A stretch of 64,000 nt of DNA from Macrostomum lignano. Its lineage: Eukaryota. This document shows, piece by piece, positions 60,266 to 64,000 of the stretch (positions within the stretch are counted from its first letter, which is position 1; every line of letters begins with the position of its first letter). The DNA lies in NCBI GenBank assembly GCA_002269645.1, contig NIVC01000307.1, forward strand, positions 248,001-312,000, read 5' to 3'. The translations under genes and the position numbers were made by a program. The notes under the pieces are model-generated. The model searched no databases, was not told the DNA's origin, and saw nothing but the letters and a program-made list of their open reading frames with translations.

Positions 60266-61024
60266 GTTGCATTTTAAGGATAACTAGCTACCTATTTTCT
60301 GGAAATAGAGCAGTGTGCACTTCGTCAATTTTTTTCCTTTTAAATTTGTGCTCAGAGTCGTCACTATTTTCACTAGTCGTCACTATTTTGTGTCGTCACT
60401 ATTTTCAAATAGAAAAACTTCAAATTTAACAGATTCAAAAGACAACTTAACACTCATTCATATTTAAATGAGTTTAAGTTGTGATTGATAACCATGAAAA
60501 TATCACGGAATGTGTTTTCTATTTTTAACAAAAGTTTTGACAATATATTGAACTGAAATTACTTCATTATAACAATGCAATTCGTGTATTTATTTTCTGC
60601 AGAGTTTGGCCAGTTGTATATCTAAAGTTGTCGTATTGTAAACAAAGGGAAAACCTAAACTTTGACGTCTGTATATTTTTGTATTTTTGTGCCTCGATCT
60701 CGATCTTTGTCTCTTGTCCTCCCTCTCTGCGCATGTAAAACCCTTAGCTACTCGGAACAAAAAATAAAAAAAAACATATTTATATCAGATACATGTATTT
60801 TTGCTCCACAATGAACACAGTGGTTCTGGCTGAGTCAAGATGCATCATTGACCAACTCTGTACACAGCACCTGCATCTATGCATGACTTTTGTTAATGCG
60901 TTTTGTACACCTCCGTTAGAGTGTCACAGCGGTCTGCTTATTTTGGAAATGAGTAGCGGGGGCATGAAATTTGAAAAACTAACATAACTCTATTTGAGCT
61001 TCATCTTGTAATCTACTTCTATCA

Positions 61025-61295
61025 TCCCTCTCATCTCTCTCCCTCTAATCTCTCACATCTCATCTCTCTCCCTCTCATCTCTCTCCCTCTCATCTCTCTC
61101 CCTCTCATCTCTCTCCCTCTCATCTCTCTCCCTCTAATATATATCTCTCTCATCTCTCTCCCTCTCATCTCTCTCCCTCTCATCTCTCTCCCTCTCATCT
61201 CTCTCTCTCTCTCTCTCTCTCTCATCTCTCTCCCTCTCATCTCTCTCCCTCTCAACTCTCTTCCACTCCACTCCACTCTCTCCATCTCATATCAC
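61025..61295 (+). repeat. 15-bp CT-rich minisatellite (CTCTCATCTCTCTCC)
   Basis: Source of the REMRG ORF. Confidence 0.9.
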
Positions 61296-61679
61296 TCCTC
61301 TCATTTTAGTGCATGAGATCCAAAGCCTCTGGCTGCACAGGACACATTTATCCAACTGCTCACTCAATGGATCAATATTTTAATGTTGACTATAAGCGGA
61401 CCGCATGCATTGATTATAAAGCTACGGTTGCTCTGCATAGGGAAGAATATCCTTATTGCAATAAACTCTTGCTGGTATGAGCTTGTACCCAATAGAACTG
61501 TTAAATATCGTGCAGAAATTTCCTATGGGCAACAGGTTTGGTTCAGAGTACAACCTACTGACTGGAACAACACAAAAGAGTAACTATTTATATGAGTAAT
61601 TTCATAGCGTCTGTAACACACAGTTTCAGAAAGTACAATTTACAAATTAATGCAAAACAGTGAAAGAGAAAACTAACGC

Positions 61680-62160
61680 TCAAAGTGGCAGTCCTGACAC
61701 ACTCAAATTTGCGGTCCTGACACACTCAAACTGGCAGTCCTGACACACTCAAATTTGCGGTCCTGACACACTCAAATTTGCGGTCCTGACACACTCAAAC
61801 TGGCAGTCCTGACACACTCAAACTGGCAGTCCTGACACACTCAAACTGGCAGTCCTGACACACTCAAATTTGCGGTCCTGACACACTCAAACTGGCAGTC
61901 CTGACACACTCAAACTGGCAGTCCTGACACACTCAAATTTGCGGTCCTGACACACTCAAACTGGCAGTCCTGACACACTCAAACTGGCAGTCCTGACACA
62001 CTCAAACTGGCAGTCCTGACACACTCAAACTGGCAGTCCTGACACACTCAAACTGGCAGTCCTGACACACTCAAACTGGCAGTCCTGACACACTCAAACT
62101 GGCAGTCCTGACACACTCAAATTGGCAGTCCTGACACATCAAGTCAGGCCTCCTGACACA
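61680..62160 (+). repeat. 23-bp minisatellite (CTGGCAGTCCTGACACACTCAAA)
   Basis: Period 23; immediately beyond the CCDC149 stop. Confidence 0.93.
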
Positions 62161-62169
62161 TCAGAAGCG

Positions 62170-64000
<1,831 letters not shown>

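Overview
Eukaryotic (metazoan) genomic DNA with GC-rich exons and introns that nearly all carry their own mini- or microsatellite. This style suggests a free-living flatworm such as Macrostomum, which is an inference and not established from the sequence. Four intron-containing genes were reconstructed by hand from splice sites, intron phases and remembered family motifs: (1) the last coding exon of an AKAP1/spoonbill-like KH-Tudor gene (+, 1798-2110); (2) a complete 15-exon vinculin (+, 5258-27737, 1112 aa); (3) an 18-exon STAC-like gene with a FES/FER-type F-BAR, a DPVY motif and tandem SH3 domains (+, 33841-59833, 1053 aa), with probable alternative first and terminal exons and no recognisable C1 domain; (4) the 3' part of CCDC149 (-, 62170 to window end). 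Mobile DNA: a deleted Mag-clade Ty3/Gypsy LTR element and a tRNA-derived SINE, both inserted in the same 39-bp satellite; a foldback/MULE-like element; and a Harbinger-like MITE. Most long ORFs in the supplied track are translations of tandem repeats. The most unusual signals are: satellites whose units are built from splice-signal-like sequence (branch point, AG|GT, donor); one 18-bp core shared by three different satellites; a 3' array of nine TTC-N3-GAA palindromes with divergent spacers; and one [RK]-x-[KR]-S-hydrophobic-[ST]-x-D motif per exon in the STAC-like linker. All homology calls are from recognition of motifs; no database search was run. Repeat boundaries are approximate.
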